Assembly: GCA_040220855.1 (NCBI GenBank)
Contig: JAVJVZ010000067.1
Coordinates: 43,756 to 107,755 of the forward strand
Reading direction: 5' to 3'
DNA from: Gammaproteobacteria bacterium
GTDB lineage: Bacteria > Pseudomonadota > Gammaproteobacteria > Ga0077536
DNA: 64,000 nt
This document shows positions 18,249 to 27,247 of this stretch, piece by piece (the stretch's first letter is position 1; each line of letters begins with the position of its first letter). The position numbers were made by a program, and so were the translations under genes. The notes under the pieces were generated by a model. The model saw only the letters and a program-made list of their open reading frames with translations. It was not told the DNA's origin and ran no database searches.

Positions 18249-19930
18249 TGCTCGATCGGCGTCATTTCCTGCAGGCCGCGATGGCGCTCGCGACGGGGGC
18301 GCCGCTGCTGGCCAACCCGCTGCGGGCCTTTGCGCAGCAGCGCCTGACGCAGGAGTCCCTGCTTGCCTTCGAGCCGCTTGGCCAGGTCACCCTGCTGCAT
18401 CTCACCGATATCCATGCGCAGCTCGTGCCCTTGTGGTTTCGTGAACCCGCGGTCAACGTCGGCGTCGGCGAGGTCGCCGGCCTGCCGCCGCACCTGACCG
18501 GGGCGGCGATGCTCGCGCACTACGGTATCGAGCCCGGCAGCGCCCTCGCCTACGCGCTCTCGAGTACCGACTTCACCGCGCTCGCGCGCGCCTACGGTCG
18601 TGTCGGCGGGATCGATCGCATCGCCACCCTGGTGGCTGCGATTCGCGCCGCACGCCCCGACAACACCTTGCTGCTCGATGGCGGCGACACCTGGCAGGGC
18701 TCCTATACCGCGCTCGAGAGTCGGGGTGCCGACATGGTGCGGATCATGAACGCGCTCGGCGTCGATGCCATGACCGCGCACTGGGAGTTCACCTACGGTG
18801 ACGAGCGCGTGCGCGAACTCATCGACAGTCTCGACTTCCCGCTGCTCGCCGCCAACGTGTTCGACACCGAGTGGGACGAACCGGTGTTCGAGTCGACCGC
18901 CTTCTTCGAGCGTGGCGGCGTGAAGGTGGCCGTCATCGGCCAGGCCTTCCCGTACACTCCGATCGCCAATCCACGCTACAAGATTCCCGCGTGGTCGTTC
19001 GGCGTACGCGAGGAAGCCCTGCGCGAGACGGTGGCCGCGGCGCGCGCCGCCGGCGCGGGCCTCGTCGTGCTGCTCAGCCACAACGGCTTCGATGTCGACC
19101 GCAAGCTCGCCGGGCGCGTCGACGGTATCGACGTCATCCTCACCGGGCACACTCACGACGCGCTGCCCGCGGTGGTCGAGGTCGGCCGCACCTTGCTGGT
19201 CGCCTCCGGTTCGCACGGCAAGTTCCTCTCGCGCCTCGACCTCGACGTCGGACCGCACGGCGTGCGTGACTATCGCTACCGCCTCATGCCGGTATTCGCC
19301 GATGCCATCGCGCCGGACCCGGCCATGGCGGCACTCGTCGAGGACATCCGCGCGCCGCACGCCGCGCTGCTCGGCGAGGCGCTCGCGACCACCGGCACGC
19401 TGCTCTACCGCCGCGGGAACCTGAACGGTACCTGGGACGATCTCATCTGCCGTGCACTGCTCGCCGAGCGCGATGCCGAGATTGCGTTGTCGCCGGGCTT
19501 CCGCTGGGGCGCGAGCCTCCTGCCGGGCGAGACCATCACCCGCGAGGACGTCTTCAACCAGACCGCGATTACCTATCCCGAGGCTTATCGCAGCACCATG
19601 AGCGGAGCCCAGCTCAAGCTCGTCCTGGAAGACGTCGCCGACAACCTGTTCAACCCCGACCCCTACTATCAACAGGGCGGCGACATGGTGCGCTCGGCGG
19701 GTATCCGCTACCGCCTGCGCGTCGATGCGCCGCGCGGAGAACGCATCGAGAACCTGGTGCGCGCGAGCGACGGCGCACCGATCGAGGCCGAGCGGGACTA
19801 CGTGGTGAGCGGCTGGGCCTCGGTCAGCGCAGATGTGCAGGGCCCGCCCGTCTACGAACTCGTGGGCAGCTGGCTGCGGGCGCAGGGCGAAGTCGAAATA
19901 GCACCGGGCGACGCCATCGAACTGGTGTGA
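18248..19930 (+). CDS. soxB: Thiosulfohydrolase SoxB
   Basis: It has a Tat signal (MLDRRHFLQAAMALATGA), the metallophosphoesterase motif LLHLTDIHAQL and a 5'-nucleotidase-like C-terminus. The start overlaps the soxA stop as TGATG. Confidence 0.9.
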   Translation: MLDRRHFLQAAMALATGAPLLANPLRAFAQQRLTQESLLAFEPLGQVTLLHLTDIHAQLVPLWFREPAVNVGVGEVAGLPPHLTGAAMLAHYGIEPGSALAYALSSTDFTALARAYGRVGGIDRIATLVAAIRAARPDNTLLLDGGDTWQGSYTALESRGADMVRIMNALGVDAMTAHWEFTYGDERVRELIDSLDFPLLAANVFDTEWDEPVFESTAFFERGGVKVAVIGQAFPYTPIANPRYKIPAWSFGVREEALRETVAAARAAGAGLVVLLSHNGFDVDRKLAGRVDGIDVILTGHTHDALPAVVEVGRTLLVASGSHGKFLSRLDLDVGPHGVRDYRYRLMPVFADAIAPDPAMAALVEDIRAPHAALLGEALATTGTLLYRRGNLNGTWDDLICRALLAERDAEIALSPGFRWGASLLPGETITREDVFNQTAITYPEAYRSTMSGAQLKLVLEDVADNLFNPDPYYQQGGDMVRSAGIRYRLRVDAPRGERIENLVRASDGAPIEAERDYVVSGWASVSADVQGPPVYELVGSWLRAQGEVEIAPGDAIELV

Positions 19931-19944
19931 TGGGAGGGCGGACC

Positions 19945-20445
19945 ATGCGAGCGGTAATCACTCTGCTGTCGGCAGCCTTGGCGCTGGCAGCGACAACGAC
20001 GGGCGCCGCGGACGGCGCGACCTACAGTGTGCAGGCACTCAAGCCGGCCGTCGCGCTGGAACTCGCCAATGCGACGCAAGCGGCCTGCCGCGCGCGTGAC
20101 TACCAGGTCACGGTGGCCGTGGTGGATCGCGCCGGATTGCCGCAGGTGGCGCTGCGCGACCAGCTCGCCGGCAACTTCACCTGGGACATCGCGCTCGCCA
20201 AGGCGCGCACCGCGGCCGGTTTCCGCCAGCCCACGCTCGGTCTCGCGCGCATGCTGGGCGATCGTCCGGAACTCGACGTTCTGCACCAGCTCGACGACGT
20301 CATGATGGTCGGCGGCGGCGTGCCCATCGAAGCGGCGGGCGTCGTCATCGGCGCGCTCGGCGTATCGGGTGCGCCAACCCCCGAAGCCGACCACGCCTGC
20401 GCCGAAGCGGGACTCGAGGCGATCGCCGAGCAGCTGCTCTTCTGA
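19945..20445 (+). CDS. Secreted GlcG/HbpS-like (DUF336) haem-binding-family protein
   Basis: A signal peptide (MRAVITLLSAALALAATTTGAADG) is present. DUF336 motifs are present (VTVAVVDRAGL, KARTAAGF, GGGVPIEAAGVVIGALGVSGAPTPEADHACAEAG). The ATG at 19945 follows GGGAGGG. The alternative GTG/ATG starts at 19927 and 19930 overlap the soxB stop. Confidence 0.75.
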   Translation: MRAVITLLSAALALAATTTGAADGATYSVQALKPAVALELANATQAACRARDYQVTVAVVDRAGLPQVALRDQLAGNFTWDIALAKARTAAGFRQPTLGLARMLGDRPELDVLHQLDDVMMVGGGVPIEAAGVVIGALGVSGAPTPEADHACAEAGLEAIAEQLLF

Positions 20446-20451
20446 TCGCGC

Positions 20452-21501
20452 CTACGTCGCGGTGCCGGTGAAGCCGGTGAAAGCGGCCGGGATGCGCGCG
20501 ATGGCAGCGACCACGGCGGGCGGCAGCGTCGCCGGCCGCTCATAGCTCGCGCTCGCGACGAGGGTGTCGCTGAGGCCGCCGAAGCGGCTGGCGACGACCG
20601 CGGCAATCTCGTCGTGGCGGCCGACCGCGGTGCAGGCGTGGAGCAGCGTGTCGGGTACTTCGGCGGCGAGACTGGCCCAGGCACCCTGCTTGGTCAGTGC
20701 GTTGAGGCGCGGGCCGAGATCAGCCATGCCCTCGGCTTCGAGCACCGGCCAGTAGGCGGGTGTCGAGGCATAGAAGCCGATGCGCTGGCGCACCCAGGCG
20801 ACTTCGCGCGCAACCTCGTCGTCGTCCGCACCGGTGGCGAGAAACCCCCCGCCGTTGATCTCGAAGTGGGCCCGCGCGCGCCCGCTGCTGGCGAGCCCGG
20901 CCTCGACGTGCGGCAGTACCGCCTGTTCGAGGTAGTTGCGCGTGCAGAAGGGATGCAGGCGCACGCCGTCGGCGACCTCGCCGGCCAGGCGCAGCATCGC
21001 CGGACCGACCGCCGCGAGGGTGATCGGCGGTGGCGCGCAGGACAGCGGCTCGGGCACGAAGTTGGGCGGCATCAGCGTGAAGCGGTAGTGCTCGCCTTCG
21101 AAACGCAGCGGTCCGGTGCCCGACCAGGCGGCCCAGATCGCGCGGAGCGCGAGCACGTATTCGCGCAGGCGCGGTACCGGCGGCCCCCACGGCACGCTGA
21201 AGCGCTTCTCGTTGTGCGCGCGGATCTGCGGGCCGAGGCCGAGCACGAAGCGTCCGCCCGAGGCGGCCTGCAGGTCCCAGGCGAGGTTGGCGGTGACCAT
21301 CGGCGAGCGCGCGAAGGCGATGGCGATGCCCGTCGCGAGCTCGACGCGCTGCGTGACAGTCGCGGCGACGGCGAGCGGCAGGAAGGGATCGTGGCGGTTC
21401 TCGAGGGTGACGATGCCGCTGTAAGCGTCGGCCTCGACGGCCTGCGCGGCGCGTGCGGCGGCGGCGAGGTCCTGCTGCGCGATGGTGGTGACGATACGCA
21501 T
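20452..21501 (-). CDS. LLM-class (luciferase-like) oxidoreductase of the F420-dependent type
   Basis: The sequence begins MRIVTTIAQQD and contains LENRHDPFLPLAVAATVTQRVELATGIAIAFARSPMVTANLAWDLQAASGGRFVLGLGPQIRAHNEKRF, a pattern I recognise from actinobacterial F420-dependent LLM proteins. The 741-aa track ORF (to 22677) is an artefactual 5' extension antisense to the next gene. Confidence 0.75.
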   Translation of the reverse strand: MRIVTTIAQQDLAAAARAAQAVEADAYSGIVTLENRHDPFLPLAVAATVTQRVELATGIAIAFARSPMVTANLAWDLQAASGGRFVLGLGPQIRAHNEKRFSVPWGPPVPRLREYVLALRAIWAAWSGTGPLRFEGEHYRFTLMPPNFVPEPLSCAPPPITLAAVGPAMLRLAGEVADGVRLHPFCTRNYLEQAVLPHVEAGLASSGRARAHFEINGGGFLATGADDDEVAREVAWVRQRIGFYASTPAYWPVLEAEGMADLGPRLNALTKQGAWASLAAEVPDTLLHACTAVGRHDEIAAVVASRFGGLSDTLVASASYERPATLPPAVVAAIARIPAAFTGFTGTAT

Positions 21502-21609
21502 GCGATGACGGGCTCCGATCGGACAGGGGTGTGCGGGCGGGGGTACGCTGGCGGGCAATTGTGGCACCATACGTCGCAGTGTGGGATTCCCCCGGGGAGG
21601 ACGAGACGC

Positions 21610-22608
21610 ATGAACGGGATGCTCAAGGGAGTGATCGGGGCGGCGCTGCTGGCGTCGCTCGGGGCGGCCGGCAGCGCGTTGGCGCATGGCGACGGCACGC
21701 CGCACGACAAGCCTATCTGGCACTGGTCGCCGGAGGAAATCGCCAAGCACGTCGGGCGCGTGCGTGCCGGCAAGGACCTGACGCCGCAGCGCTGGCCGGG
21801 CGGTGCGCGCGTCGCGGTCAGCATCTCCTTCGATTTCGATACCGAGCCGGTCTGGATCGGCTTCCAGGAACAGTCGAGCCCTTCCTACATGTCGCGCGGC
21901 GAGTACGGCGCACGCGCCGGCATGCCGCGCATCATGAAGCTGCTCGACAAGCACGACATTCCGGCAACCTTCTTCATCCCGGCGATGTCGATGGAACTGC
22001 ACCCGGAGGTCATCGCCGAGCTCAAGGGCCATGACGACATCGAGATCGGTTTCCACTCCTACGTGCACGAGAACCCGATGCGTCTCGACGCCGACGAGGA
22101 GCGCGCCATCTACCAGAAGGCGATGGACATCTTCATGAAGCACGTCGGGCGCAAGCCGGTCGGCTTCCGTTCCGCGGCCTGGGATCTCACCGAATCGACG
22201 GTGAGTATCGTCAAGGAGATGGGCTTCCTGTACGAGAGCTCGATGATGGCCGACGACCGTCCCTACGTGCTGATGGTCAACGGCAAGGATACGGGGCTCG
22301 TCGAATTGCCGGTCGAGTGGATCCTCGACGACTGGCCGCTGTTCCAGATCAGCTGGCCGGCCAAGCACGTCGCCGCGCGCAATGCCGACGACGTCTATTC
22401 GATCTGGAAGGAGGAGTTCGACGGCGCCTACGAGGAAGGCACCATGTACATCCTCACGACCCATCCGCAGGTGATCGGCCATCGCTACCGCATGGCCATG
22501 ATGGACCGCCTGATCGCCTACATGAAGAGCAAGCCGGGCGTGTGGTTCGCCACCCACGAGGAGATCGCGCGCTACGTCAAGGAGCAGGCCCAGGCCGCGG
22601 GCGAATGA
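21610..22608 (+). CDS. Secreted polysaccharide deacetylase / PuuE-like family protein
   Basis: A signal peptide is present (MNGMLKGVIGAALLASLGAAGSALA). Family motifs are present (VAVSISFDFDTE, IPATFFIPAMSMELHPEVI, HSYVHE). The 664-aa track ORF is an artefactual 5' extension. Confidence 0.8.
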   Translation: MNGMLKGVIGAALLASLGAAGSALAHGDGTPHDKPIWHWSPEEIAKHVGRVRAGKDLTPQRWPGGARVAVSISFDFDTEPVWIGFQEQSSPSYMSRGEYGARAGMPRIMKLLDKHDIPATFFIPAMSMELHPEVIAELKGHDDIEIGFHSYVHENPMRLDADEERAIYQKAMDIFMKHVGRKPVGFRSAAWDLTESTVSIVKEMGFLYESSMMADDRPYVLMVNGKDTGLVELPVEWILDDWPLFQISWPAKHVAARNADDVYSIWKEEFDGAYEEGTMYILTTHPQVIGHRYRMAMMDRLIAYMKSKPGVWFATHEEIARYVKEQAQAAGE

Positions 22609-23246
22609 CCCGCGTCTGGCACTACTTCGACTACAAGAGCCCCTACGCCTACCTCGCCCAGGCCGCGAGTCACGCACTCGCGGCCGCGCCCGGGGTGACG
22701 GTCGAATGGGTGCCTTACACGCTGCAGATCCCGAAGTATCTCGGCGAGGCGCGTCTCGATGCCGCGGGTCGTGACATCGTCGGCACGCGCAACGATCACC
22801 AGTGGCGGCGCGTGCGCTACGCCTACATGGACTGCCGCCGCGAAGCCAACCGCCGCGGCCTCACCATCCGCGGCCCGCGCCGCATCTTCGATTCCTCGCT
22901 GGCGCACATCGCCTTCCTCCTGGTGCGCGGACGCCCCGGCTGGGTGCGCTTCCACGATGCCGTGTTCGAACGCTTCTGGCGTCGCGAACTCGACCTCGAG
23001 GACGTCGGCGCGCTCGCCGCACTGCTCGACGCGTGCGGCTTCGATGGCCCCGCTCTGCCGGACTGGCTCGCTGGCGCCGGGCGCGTGCTGCACGACGAAC
23101 TGCAGGAGGAGGCCGAAGCCGCGGGGGTGTTCGGTGTGCCGTCGTGGCGTATCGACGACGAACTCTGGTGGGGTCTCGAGCGCCTGCCGAGGGTGTGCGA
23201 GCGGCTCGGCGTGGCGATGCCCCCGAGCGGGCGCATCGATACGTGA
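22605..23246 (+). CDS. DsbA-family 2-hydroxychromene-2-carboxylate isomerase-like protein
   Basis: The sequence begins MTRVWHYFDYKSPYAYLAQ and ends with GVFGVPSWRIDDELWWGLERL. The start overlaps the preceding stop as ATGA. Confidence 0.75.
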   Translation: MTRVWHYFDYKSPYAYLAQAASHALAAAPGVTVEWVPYTLQIPKYLGEARLDAAGRDIVGTRNDHQWRRVRYAYMDCRREANRRGLTIRGPRRIFDSSLAHIAFLLVRGRPGWVRFHDAVFERFWRRELDLEDVGALAALLDACGFDGPALPDWLAGAGRVLHDELQEEAEAAGVFGVPSWRIDDELWWGLERLPRVCERLGVAMPPSGRIDT

Positions 23247-23461
23247 GGCGATTTCGAGGCAGGCTGTTCTGAAGTCCGAAAAATCAGCTTATTAGGACAT
23301 AAACGCAGAATGCGCATGAGGAATGGGGCGACCGTCGCCGACGGCCCCTCTGGCCACCTCCGCGACGCCGTCGCGTCTCGCTGCACGCACCGCTCGAGGC
23401 CGCGTGCGGGCGGCCCCGCCGACGTTGTGCGCAGGACCGGGCAGCTTCTACACTGGCGTCC

Positions 23462-24145
23462 ATGAACGCCGTCAACAGTCTCGATCCCGCCGCCTGCCTC
23501 GCACCCACCGCCATCGTCGACAGCGACCACCCCGCGGTCGTCGCCTACGCGCGTGAGAACGCCGTGGGCAACGACGCGCGCGAGCGTGCCGTGGCGCTCT
23601 ACTACGCGGTGCGCGATGACATCCGCTACGACGCCTACGGCCTCGATCTCAGCGAGCGTGGGCTGTCCGCCAGCCGCGCGCTCGAGATCGCGCGCGGCTG
23701 GTGCGTGAGCAAGGCGGTACTGCTCGCCGCGTGCCTGCGGGCGGAGGGCATACCCGCCGCGCTCGGCTACGCGGACGTGCGCAACCATCTCTCCACCGAG
23801 CGGATGCGTCAGACGATGCAGACCGACGTCTTCTACTGGCACGGCTACACGGCAGTGTGGCTCGATGACGGCTGGCTCAAGGCGACCCCGGCGTTCAACC
23901 GCGAGCTGTGCGAGAAGTTCCGCATGCACACGCTCGAGTTCGATGGCAGCGAGGACTCCATCTACCATCCCTACGATCTCGACGGGCGCCAGCACATGGA
24001 ATACCTCGCTTACCGCGGCGAGTTCGTCGACGTTCCGCTGGCCGCGATGGCCGACGACTTCCGCCGTCATTACCCGCACATGGCCGAGGGTCTCGCCGGC
24101 GGCGACTTCGACCGCGAGGTCGACGCCGAGGTCGCTGGTGGCTGA
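23462..24145 (+). CDS. Transglutaminase-like cysteine-protease-fold protein
   Basis: The catalytic Cys context is RGWCVSKAVLLAACLRAEGIPA, and the His context is WHGYTAVWLDDGWLKATP. Confidence 0.75.
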   Translation: MNAVNSLDPAACLAPTAIVDSDHPAVVAYARENAVGNDARERAVALYYAVRDDIRYDAYGLDLSERGLSASRALEIARGWCVSKAVLLAACLRAEGIPAALGYADVRNHLSTERMRQTMQTDVFYWHGYTAVWLDDGWLKATPAFNRELCEKFRMHTLEFDGSEDSIYHPYDLDGRQHMEYLAYRGEFVDVPLAAMADDFRRHYPHMAEGLAGGDFDREVDAEVAGG

Positions 24146-24154
24146 CGCGCGCGG

Positions 24155-25045
24155 CTAAGGTGCCGCTTTCGCGCCGGACTCTCGCGGCGGCTCGTCGAGG
24201 GCGCCGGCGTTAGGAAAGTAGAGCTGCTCGCCGTTGACATGGAATCCTGCGATCGCGGCCTGGCCGGCGTCGCTCAGCATCCAGTCGATGAAGGCCATGC
24301 CGGCCTGTGCCCTGACGTGCGGGTGATGGCGCGGGTCGACCAGGATCAGGCTGTACTGGTTGAACAGGGCCGGGTCGCCGGCGAAGAGGACGGCGAGCTC
24401 ACCGCGGTCGGCCTGGGCGATCCAGGTCGCGCGGTCGCACAGGGTGTAGGCGTCGAGTTCGGCGGCGATGCGCAGCGTGCGCCCCATGCCGCTGCCGCTG
24501 TCGCGGTACCAACTGTCGCTGGCAGGGTCGACGGTGAGGTCGGCAGCCTGCCACAGGGCGCGTTCGCGCTTGTGCGTGCCGCTGTCGTCGCCACGGGAGA
24601 TGAAGCTCGCGCCAGTGCGGTGGATACGGGCGAGCGCATCGATCGCGCTGCTCGCCTCGCGCACGTCGGCGGGGTCGGTGACGGGGCCGACGATGACGAA
24701 CTCGTTGTACATCACGGGATGGCGCGCGATGCCGTGGCCAGCGGCGATGAAGGCTTCTTCCGCGGCGCGCGCGTGCACGAGCACGACGTCGCCGTTGCCG
24801 TCGGCGGCATTGCGCAGCGCCTGTCCGGTGCCGACGGCGACGACCCGCACCTCGATGCCGGTGGCCTGGGTGAACTGTGGCAGCACCGCCTCGAAGAAGC
24901 CCGAGTGCTGGGTCGAGGTGGTCGATTGCAGCAGGATGCTCTGCTTGGTCGCCTTCGCGCCGCCCGTACACAGTACTGCGAGCAGCAGTAGTGACGTGGC
25001 AACGCCGACGCGCATGGCGCGACTGGCACGCTTGGATGATGACAT
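24155..25045 (-). CDS. Periplasmic oxyanion (tungstate/molybdate, TupA-like) substrate-binding protein; no cognate permease or ATPase nearby
   Basis: It has a signal peptide, a TupA-like anion-binding motif (LLQSTTSTQHSGFFEAV) and a PBP type-2 pattern (VVAVGTGQALRNAADGNGDVVLVH). Ligand specificity is not established. Confidence 0.65.
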   Translation of the reverse strand: MSSSKRASRAMRVGVATSLLLLAVLCTGGAKATKQSILLQSTTSTQHSGFFEAVLPQFTQATGIEVRVVAVGTGQALRNAADGNGDVVLVHARAAEEAFIAAGHGIARHPVMYNEFVIVGPVTDPADVREASSAIDALARIHRTGASFISRGDDSGTHKRERALWQAADLTVDPASDSWYRDSGSGMGRTLRIAAELDAYTLCDRATWIAQADRGELAVLFAGDPALFNQYSLILVDPRHHPHVRAQAGMAFIDWMLSDAGQAAIAGFHVNGEQLYFPNAGALDEPPRESGAKAAP

Positions 25046-25183
25046 CTCGAATTCCTCCGGCGGCGCCGCGCGTGGCGCCTGTGCCTTGCATGATAACGGC
25101 CGTACAGCCCAGAATCCGGGGCCCGGTCGCGGCTGTGACGCTAGCGGCCGGCGTCGCTCCGTTCAAGTCGCTTCCCGCCGTTC

Positions 25184-25939
25184 ATGTCCGATATCGAGCC
25201 CGCCGAACCTGCCCTCGTCGAAGCACTCGCCGCGGCGCGCGGCGTGGTCTGCCTGGTCGGCGCGGGTGGCAAGAAGACCACGATGTACGCGCTCGCTCGC
25301 GCGCACCGAGGGCGCGTCGCGCTGTCATCGACCTCGCACATGTACCGTTACGACGACGCCCGGGTCGAGCGGGTGGTCGAGGTTACCGATGACCGGCCGC
25401 AGGTGCCGGCCGACGCTCGCGTGGTTGCCTTCGCAGGCCCCACGGATACGCCCGAGCGCGTCGGCGGCCTGTCGATCGCCGCGCTTGCGGCATTGCGCGA
25501 CAGTGGCGCCTTCGAACTCCTGCTGGTCAAGGCCGACGGCGCACGGGCGCGCTGGATCAAGGCCCCTGGCGATCACGAGCCGCTGGTGCTGCCGTGGGCC
25601 GATACCGTGGTGGCGGTGGTCTCGGCCGGCGTACTCGGGCGACGTCTCGACAGCGGCATCGCGCACCGCCCCGAGCGTGTCGCCGCGGTGACCGGCGCAG
25701 CACTCGACGAGCCGCTGACAGCCGCGCACCTCGCCACGCTGCTGAGTTCCGAAGCCGGCCTGCTCAAGGGTGTCGGCGCGGCGACCGTGGTGCCGCTCAT
25801 CAACATGGTCGACGACGCCGACCGCGCGGCGGCCGCGCGTGCGAGCGCGCGGCTCGCGCTCGCCGCCACCACGCGTTTCGACCGCGTGGTGCTGGCGGCG
25901 ATGAAGCGCGGCCGGCTGGTCGAGGTCGTCCGGCGCTGA
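25184..25939 (+). CDS. yqeC: YqeC-family protein (putative selenium-dependent molybdenum hydroxylase maturation factor)
   Basis: A P-loop-like motif (VVCLVGAGGKKTTMYALA) is followed by LSSTSHMY and LLVKADGARARWIKAPGDHEPLVLPW. These match my recollection of the YqeC family pattern. Confidence 0.6.
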   Translation: MSDIEPAEPALVEALAAARGVVCLVGAGGKKTTMYALARAHRGRVALSSTSHMYRYDDARVERVVEVTDDRPQVPADARVVAFAGPTDTPERVGGLSIAALAALRDSGAFELLLVKADGARARWIKAPGDHEPLVLPWADTVVAVVSAGVLGRRLDSGIAHRPERVAAVTGAALDEPLTAAHLATLLSSEAGLLKGVGAATVVPLINMVDDADRAAAARASARLALAATTRFDRVVLAAMKRGRLVEVVRR

Positions 25940-25963
25940 CGGCGATGGCGCGCCGCGATCGGC

Positions 25964-27157
25964 TCAGGCGCGCAGCACGCGGCCCATCGACTCGACGAAG
26001 TGCTCGATGTTGGCGCCGTTGACGCCGGCGACGTTGATACGGCTCGAGTCGACCATGTAGACGCCGAACTCGTCGCGCAGACGCGCTACCTGCTCGGGGC
26101 TGATACCGAGGAAGGAGAACATGCCGCGCTGCTCGCGGATGAAGCCGAAATCCTGCCCGGTGCGCTCGCCGAGGCGGCGCGCGAGCAGGTCGCGCAGACC
26201 GTTGATGCGCTCGCGCATGGTGGTCAGCTCGGCCACCCAGGCGGCGTTCAGGGCTTCGTCGTTGAGGATGATCTCGACGATCGCCGCGCCGTGCGCTGGC
26301 GGCATCGAGTAGATACCGCGCACCACCGAGCCGAGCTGGCTCTGCACGATGCCGGTCTGGCGCGTGTCGGGGCTCGCGATCTGCAGCGCACCGACACGTT
26401 CGCGGTAGAGGCCGAAGTTCTTCGAGTACGAACTCGCCACGATGAGCTCGGGGCAGGCAGCAGCCATGATGTGCACGCCCTCGGCGTCGGCTTCGAGGCC
26501 ATCGCCGAGGCCCTGGTAGGCGAGGTCGATGAACGGCGTGAAGCCCTGGCGGTTGGCGAGCTCGGCGACCGCGTGCCAGTGTTCGGCCTTGAGATCGACG
26601 CCCGAGGGATTGTGGCAGCAGCCGTGCAGCAGCACGACGTCGCCGCGCGGCACCTCGGCCAGTGCCGCCAGCATGCCGTCGGCATCGAGGCTGCGGGTGC
26701 TCTTCTCGTAGTAGGCGTACTCGCGGATCTTGAGGCCGGCGTTGCCGAGCAGCGGAACGTGGTTGGCCCAGGTCGGGCTGCTGACCCAGATGGTGGTATC
26801 GGGGCGTGCGCGCTTGATCAGCTCCGCGCCCACGCGCAGCGCACCGCAGCCGCCCGGCGTCTGGACGCCGGCGACGCGGCCATCCTTCAGCACCGCGTGG
26901 TCAGCGCCGAACATCAGCTTGCGCGCCGCGACGTTGAACTCCGGCGTGCCGGGTGGGCCGATGTAGGCCTTGGTGGTCTCCGACGCGAAGCGGCGTCGTT
27001 CGGCCTCGGCGACGCTCTCCATGATCGGCGTGTTGCCCTGCTCGTCGCGGTACACACCGACGCCGAGATCGATCTTCTTCTCGCGCGGATCCTCGCGGAA
27101 GGCGGCCATCAGGCCGAGGATGGGATCGGGGCTCAGGGCTTCGAGGGCTTCGAACAT
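25964..27157 (-). CDS. Aspartate / aromatic amino acid aminotransferase (class I, AspC/TyrB type)
   Basis: The N-terminus reads MFEALEALSPDPILGLMAAFREDPREKKIDLGVGVYRDEQGNTP. The PLP lysine context is SYSKNFGLYRERVG. Confidence 0.9.
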   Translation of the reverse strand: MFEALEALSPDPILGLMAAFREDPREKKIDLGVGVYRDEQGNTPIMESVAEAERRRFASETTKAYIGPPGTPEFNVAARKLMFGADHAVLKDGRVAGVQTPGGCGALRVGAELIKRARPDTTIWVSSPTWANHVPLLGNAGLKIREYAYYEKSTRSLDADGMLAALAEVPRGDVVLLHGCCHNPSGVDLKAEHWHAVAELANRQGFTPFIDLAYQGLGDGLEADAEGVHIMAAACPELIVASSYSKNFGLYRERVGALQIASPDTRQTGIVQSQLGSVVRGIYSMPPAHGAAIVEIILNDEALNAAWVAELTTMRERINGLRDLLARRLGERTGQDFGFIREQRGMFSFLGISPEQVARLRDEFGVYMVDSSRINVAGVNGANIEHFVESMGRVLRA

Positions 27158-27247
27158 CGTGGGCAGGCGCTCCGGCGGGCAGGGCAGGGTGGAAACGGCG
27201 CGCGACTATACCATACCGCCCCGTCGCGGCGCGGCGGCCGGGGGCCG

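Noticed and set aside
20452-22677. Mutually overlapping 741-aa (minus) and 664-aa (plus, 20614..22608) ORFs.
   Set aside because: Only the C-terminal 350 aa of the minus ORF (LLM oxidoreductase) look like real protein. The same is true of the C-terminal 332 aa of the plus ORF (deacetylase). The remaining portions are antisense extensions of each other, so I trimmed both to internal starts.
25046-25183. A possible Moco riboswitch in the leader of the TupA-like gene.
   Set aside because: A riboswitch is a reasonable expectation for a Mo/W uptake gene. However, I could not recognise the conserved Moco-motif helices or loops by eye in this 138-nt region. A covariance-model scan would be needed, so I make no claim.
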